From: Deltaproteobacteria bacterium
GTDB lineage: Bacteria; Myxococcota_A; Polyangia; Polyangiales; Houyiibacteriaceae
NCBI GenBank assembly: GCA_034670305.1
Contig: JAXMNT010000013.1
Location: forward strand, 64,001 to 128,000
Reading direction: 5' to 3'
DNA length: 64,000 nucleotides
Every line of letters starts with the position of its first letter. Position 1 is the first letter of the stretch. Of the stretch, positions 61,062-64,000 are shown in pieces. A program made the position numbers and the translations under genes. The notes beneath the pieces were generated by a model that made no database searches, was not told the origin of the DNA, and was given only the letters and a program-made list of their open reading frames with translations.

Positions 61062-61273
61062 GATCGCACTACCTCTCGCTTCGGGAAACGCAGCGCAGGC
61101 CGCAGGTTGAGCACCCGGCGCGTACATGCCGCGAATCTCGCCCACTGAGCAGCAGTGACCCCGGTGTGAACTCTGGGATCCGGTGTGACCCCATCACCAC
61201 AGAGTAGTGCCTCTGCGGCACGGCACGGCTCGGTTGGATTCCGCTTCCCAACCCCCGGTGGTATAGCTCGGAC

Positions 61274-61777
61274 ATGTGCACGACACGACTGGGAGCGATG
61301 CTCGCGTTCGCATCATTGGGGCTGTTCGCGTGTGGTGACGACCCGCCCGGCGACGTCGAAGGAAACTACTCGTTGACCATCACCAACGGCGCGAACGGCT
61401 GCATGACGGACAACTGGACGGAGGGCGAGTCGAGCTCTGGTACGCCGTTCGTCGTGACCCGAACCGACGCCTCGACGGTCGGCGTCGTCGAAGGACTCGC
61501 GGGCGTGTTTCTGCAGAGCTACGTCGGCACCAACCGTTTTCAGGGCGCGACGGCCGGCACGCGCATGAACTTGTTGGCGATCGGTACGACGCCCTACTCG
61601 ATTCCGGGCTGCGCATTCACGATCGACGCCGAGGTCTCGGCCAACGTGTCCGGCGAGTTTCTCTCGGGCGAGATCGTCTACACCCCCAACACCGACGGTT
61701 CGGTCGCGTGCGGGCTCTTGAACTCCTGTGAGAACGTGCAGACGATCGCCGGGACCCGCCCGCCGCCCGGCTCCTGA
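61274..61777 (+). CDS. Hypothetical lipoprotein
   Basis: LFAC lipobox; beta-rich; TGATG overlap with the P450 gene. Confidence 0.7.
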   Translation: MCTTRLGAMLAFASLGLFACGDDPPGDVEGNYSLTITNGANGCMTDNWTEGESSSGTPFVVTRTDASTVGVVEGLAGVFLQSYVGTNRFQGATAGTRMNLLAIGTTPYSIPGCAFTIDAEVSANVSGEFLSGEIVYTPNTDGSVACGLLNSCENVQTIAGTRPPPGS

Positions 61778-63192
61778 TGAACTGGCTCTCGCCGCTCCCA
61801 CCCCGTGGTCAAGTTCCCAAGCTCCCGTTCCTCGGCCACGCGGTGGCGATGGCCCGCGACCCACTCCAACTGATCACCCGGCTCGGGAGTGAAGGCGACG
61901 TCGTCCCGATCCAGCTCGGACGCTTGAAGGGGCATCTGGTCCTCCGGCCGGACCTGGTCGAACAGGTGCTCCGCTCGCGCATGAAGCTCTACTCCCGCGA
62001 GACGCGGGTCTATGTCGCGATGCGGGACTTCCTCGGCCGCGGCATCCTGACGTCCAATGGCGCCCACTGGCGCAAACACCGCCGCATCGTGCAGCCCGCG
62101 TTTCACAAACGCCGACTGACCTCGTTCGCGGGCGCAATGACCCGCATCGCGTCGCAACACCTCGACGGATGGCTCGCGCAGGACGGCCCGTTCGATGTGA
62201 GCGACGCCATGATGCATCTGTCGCTCGACATCGTGAGCGAGACGTTGTTCGGACTCACGCGCCAGCAAGACGGCCCCGCCCATGGGATCCAGACCACCCA
62301 CAAAGACGCCCGCGCGATCGTCGAGGGGGTCGAAGAAGGCCAGGCGCATGCGCAGCGGGTCATCAGTGGGCTCTTCCGGATCCCGCTCGATGTGCCGACG
62401 CCGGCCAACCGACGGTTCCGCGCGCGCATGCGCCGCCTCGACGCGCTCGCGTACCGATTGATCGCGGACTGCCGGGCGCACCTCGAGCGTTCGCCCGACG
62501 AACCGCACGACCACGTCCTGGCGATGCTGGTCGAAGCCCGCGACGAGACGGGCGCACCGCTGCCCGACCCACAGATCCGCGACGAGCTGCTGACCCTGTT
62601 GTCCGCTGGCCACGAGACCACGTCGAACGCGTTGAGCTGGACGCTTTGGCTGCTCAGCGAGCACCCCTCGGTCGCCCGCACGCTCCACGCCGAAGTCGAC
62701 GCAGTGCTCGAGGGCCGAGCGCCGACGATCGAAGACCTCGGCCAGCTGAAGTTCACCCGCGCCGTGATCGACGAATCCATGCGGCTGCGGCCGCCGGTCT
62801 GGTTGACCGGACGGATGGCCATCGAGGACCACGACATCGAAGGCCGCCACATCGCGAAAGACTCCGCGGTGCTCATCAGTCCGTGGGTCACCCAGCGCTC
62901 GCCGGCACTCTGGGACAACCCGCTGGGGTTCGACCCCGAGCGATGGCTCGAGCCGGCCGACCGGCACCCGTTCGCGTTCTTCCCGTTCGGCGGTGGCGCA
63001 CGCAAGTGCATCGGAGAGGCGTTCGCGTACCTCGAAGCGACCTTGGTGCTCGCGATGATCGCGCAGCGCATGCGCCTGGATCTGGTGCCTGGTCATCCCG
63101 TGGTTCCGCAGCCGCAGATCACGCTCGGCTTCGAACACGGCCTGCTCATGCAGGCGACGGCACGCACGCCCGCCGCACCAGGAACGGTGTAG
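61777..63192 (+). CDS. Cytochrome P450
   Basis: AGHETT, ESMR (ExxR), FDPERW, FPFGGGARKCIG. Confidence 0.96.
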   Translation: MNWLSPLPPRGQVPKLPFLGHAVAMARDPLQLITRLGSEGDVVPIQLGRLKGHLVLRPDLVEQVLRSRMKLYSRETRVYVAMRDFLGRGILTSNGAHWRKHRRIVQPAFHKRRLTSFAGAMTRIASQHLDGWLAQDGPFDVSDAMMHLSLDIVSETLFGLTRQQDGPAHGIQTTHKDARAIVEGVEEGQAHAQRVISGLFRIPLDVPTPANRRFRARMRRLDALAYRLIADCRAHLERSPDEPHDHVLAMLVEARDETGAPLPDPQIRDELLTLLSAGHETTSNALSWTLWLLSEHPSVARTLHAEVDAVLEGRAPTIEDLGQLKFTRAVIDESMRLRPPVWLTGRMAIEDHDIEGRHIAKDSAVLISPWVTQRSPALWDNPLGFDPERWLEPADRHPFAFFPFGGGARKCIGEAFAYLEATLVLAMIAQRMRLDLVPGHPVVPQPQITLGFEHGLLMQATARTPAAPGTV

Positions 63193-63882
63193 ATGTCGGA
63201 CGACAAAGAAGCGCGAATCGTCGCCGCGCGGTTGCGGCTGAAGGAGCGGTTCGAAGCCAAGAGTTTGGCCACCCCTTCCCAGAGCGACCCGAGGCCCAAA
63301 GGAAGTGGCCCGCAGAACCGGCACGGCATGCCGCAGCTTCCACCCGGGCAGGTGATCGCCAAGGGGTGGCCGGTGCTGGACCTCGGTCGCAAACCGATCG
63401 TCCGACCGGAGGACTGGAAGCTCACGATCGACGGCGCCTGCCTGCACCCAACCGAACTCGATTGGGAGACGTTCATGTCGCTGCCGCAGTCCGACGACGT
63501 CAGCGACTTTCATTGCGTGACGACGTGGTCGAAGTTCGACGTGCCGTGGCGCGGCGTCCGGTTCTCCGAACTGATGGCGCTGGTGTCGCCCGACGATGGC
63601 GCCACCCACGCGATGTGCCACGCCTACGACGGGTACACGACGAACGTGTCGCTGGCCGAAGCGATGAAACCCGACGTGCTGCTCGTCCACCACGCGCTCG
63701 GAGAGCCGCTGCCCATCGAACATGGCGGGCCGATCCGCATGATCACCCCGCAGCTCTACGCGTGGAAAGGCGCGAAGTGGATCTCCCGCATCGAACTGAT
63801 GACGGAAGACCGCGCTGGATTCTGGGAAGAGCGCGGCTACTCGATGACCGCCCATCCTTGGCGGGACGACCGCTACTCCTAG
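63193..63882 (+). CDS. Molybdopterin-dependent oxidoreductase (sulfite oxidase-like/YuiH)
   Basis: DFHCVTTWS, WRGV, EHGGPIR, YAWKGAKW, GFWEERGY. Confidence 0.92.
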   Translation: MSDDKEARIVAARLRLKERFEAKSLATPSQSDPRPKGSGPQNRHGMPQLPPGQVIAKGWPVLDLGRKPIVRPEDWKLTIDGACLHPTELDWETFMSLPQSDDVSDFHCVTTWSKFDVPWRGVRFSELMALVSPDDGATHAMCHAYDGYTTNVSLAEAMKPDVLLVHHALGEPLPIEHGGPIRMITPQLYAWKGAKWISRIELMTEDRAGFWEERGYSMTAHPWRDDRYS

Positions 63883-64000
63883 GTTTTGCGGCAACTAGCC
63901 AGCGCCACTGCACCCGTGACCTCCCACGCCGCCGCCGAGATCCTTTCGATCGCACCGACCGCCGAAGGCCGGGTGCACGCCCGATTGCGCCTCGTATGCG

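Noticed and set aside
61155-61200. CRP-like site and CCGGTGTGA direct repeat
   Set aside because: TGTGA-N5-TCACC has the wrong spacing for CRP, and two 9-mers are too weak to call.

Overview
High-GC (about 70% by eye) chromosomal window, most likely from a myxobacterium (Myxococcota, Sandaracinus/Polyangiales-like). This is inferred from the many Cys-rich lipoproteins, three Ser/Thr kinases and a vWA lipoprotein. About 47 genes can be supported: an NAD-dependent epimerase, Cys-rich and beta-propeller lipoproteins, an aldehyde dehydrogenase, a receiver/Ser-Thr-kinase/hybrid-histidine-kinase cluster, a nine-gene Mrp Na+/H+ antiporter operon (E-F-G-B-C-D-D-orf-D), a TonB receptor, GST, a coupled SNF2 helicase + Mre11/SbcD-like nuclease + Rad50/SbcC-like ATPase operon, recC-recB-recD, a radical SAM enzyme divergent from a CDP-alcohol phosphatidyltransferase, and a P450/molybdopterin-enzyme operon. 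No rRNA, tRNA, CRISPR array, transposase or integrase was recognised. Four things stand out. (1) The SNF2-SbcD-SbcC-like operon (30581-37994) is a candidate defence or DNA-processing system. (2) A small four-helix-bundle (Avd/23S-IVP-like) gene with atypical codon usage has a densely folded leader of about 230 nt with repeated C-GAA-G hairpins, and is bracketed by palindromes and satellites (about 19000-20340). (3) A CCGAAG/CCGAAT hexamer satellite recurs between genes and in frame inside genes, including recD. (4) A roughly 73-aa orphan carries the GyrA N-terminal PDVRDGL motif. All calls come from motifs read by eye; no database searches were run.
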